Below the pieces are notes generated by a model, which saw only the letters and a program-made list of their open reading frames with translations, was not told the origin of the DNA and ran no database searches. Positions 63,965 to 64,000 of a stretch of 64,000 bases of DNA are shown here, in pieces. The DNA is taken from assembly GCA_963837075.1 (NCBI GenBank), contig CAWILY010000001.1, positions 48,098 to 112,097 on the forward strand, in the 5' to 3' direction. A program made the position numbers and the translations under genes. Origin of the DNA: an uncultured Gammaproteobacteria bacterium (GTDB taxonomy: Bacteria; Pseudomonadota; Gammaproteobacteria; Steroidobacterales; Steroidobacteraceae). Every line of letters starts with the position of its first letter. Positions within the stretch are counted from its first letter, which is position 1.

Positions 63965-64000
63965 GGCGCAAGATTATACCGCACCGTGAGTGACATGACT

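Overview
High-GC bacterial DNA of Gram-negative type. All calls come from reading the ORF translations and the nucleotide text by eye. Family names are recognised from memory, not from database hits.

Positions 1-19,000 look like conserved chromosome. They carry stress-protection genes: two YghA-like SDRs, DJ-1/PfpI, DUF4142, hemerythrin, a stand-alone ATP-dependent DNA ligase, a PNPOx/GSP26-like protein and topoisomerase IB. These surround a nine-gene, translationally coupled operon (8457-16866). The operon joins a GlcG-like protein, CtaG, cytochrome c oxidase subunits II (with a cytochrome c fusion), I and III, and a small membrane protein to a PQQ methanol/ethanol-family dehydrogenase. That dehydrogenase has the lanthanide-type Asp-Tyr-Asp signature and is followed by a c-type cytochrome and an MxaJ/XoxJ-like binding protein.

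At 18.85-19.23 kb a ligase stub and two truncated tRNA 3' ends (one Ser-like, one Glu from anticodon loop to CCA) mark a transition. Beyond it, more than 45 kb of accessory DNA runs off the right edge. It contains:
- an RHH/RelE toxin-antitoxin pair and several decayed genes
- an IS4-family IS (1322 bp, 18-bp TIR, 9-bp TSD) splitting an adhP-like gene
- PPK2 and a DHOD-like gene
- IS630-family DNA (one fragment, plus one full copy nested inside another IS)
- three copies of a ~2.6-kb unit encoding a tyrosine recombinase plus an IS91-family HUH-Y2 transposase, two of which bracket a PASTA-lactonase lipoprotein gene
- three HAF-repeat proteins and a membrane-anchored wHTH/TolB-like regulator
- a FecI/FecR/TonB-transducer set beside an Ig-like/Kelch lipoprotein
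- a PEP-CTERM protein and three redox or related enzymes
- an LPD7-type conjugation-associated ORF and a broken IS66 transposase

No rRNA, intact tRNA or CRISPR array was seen.
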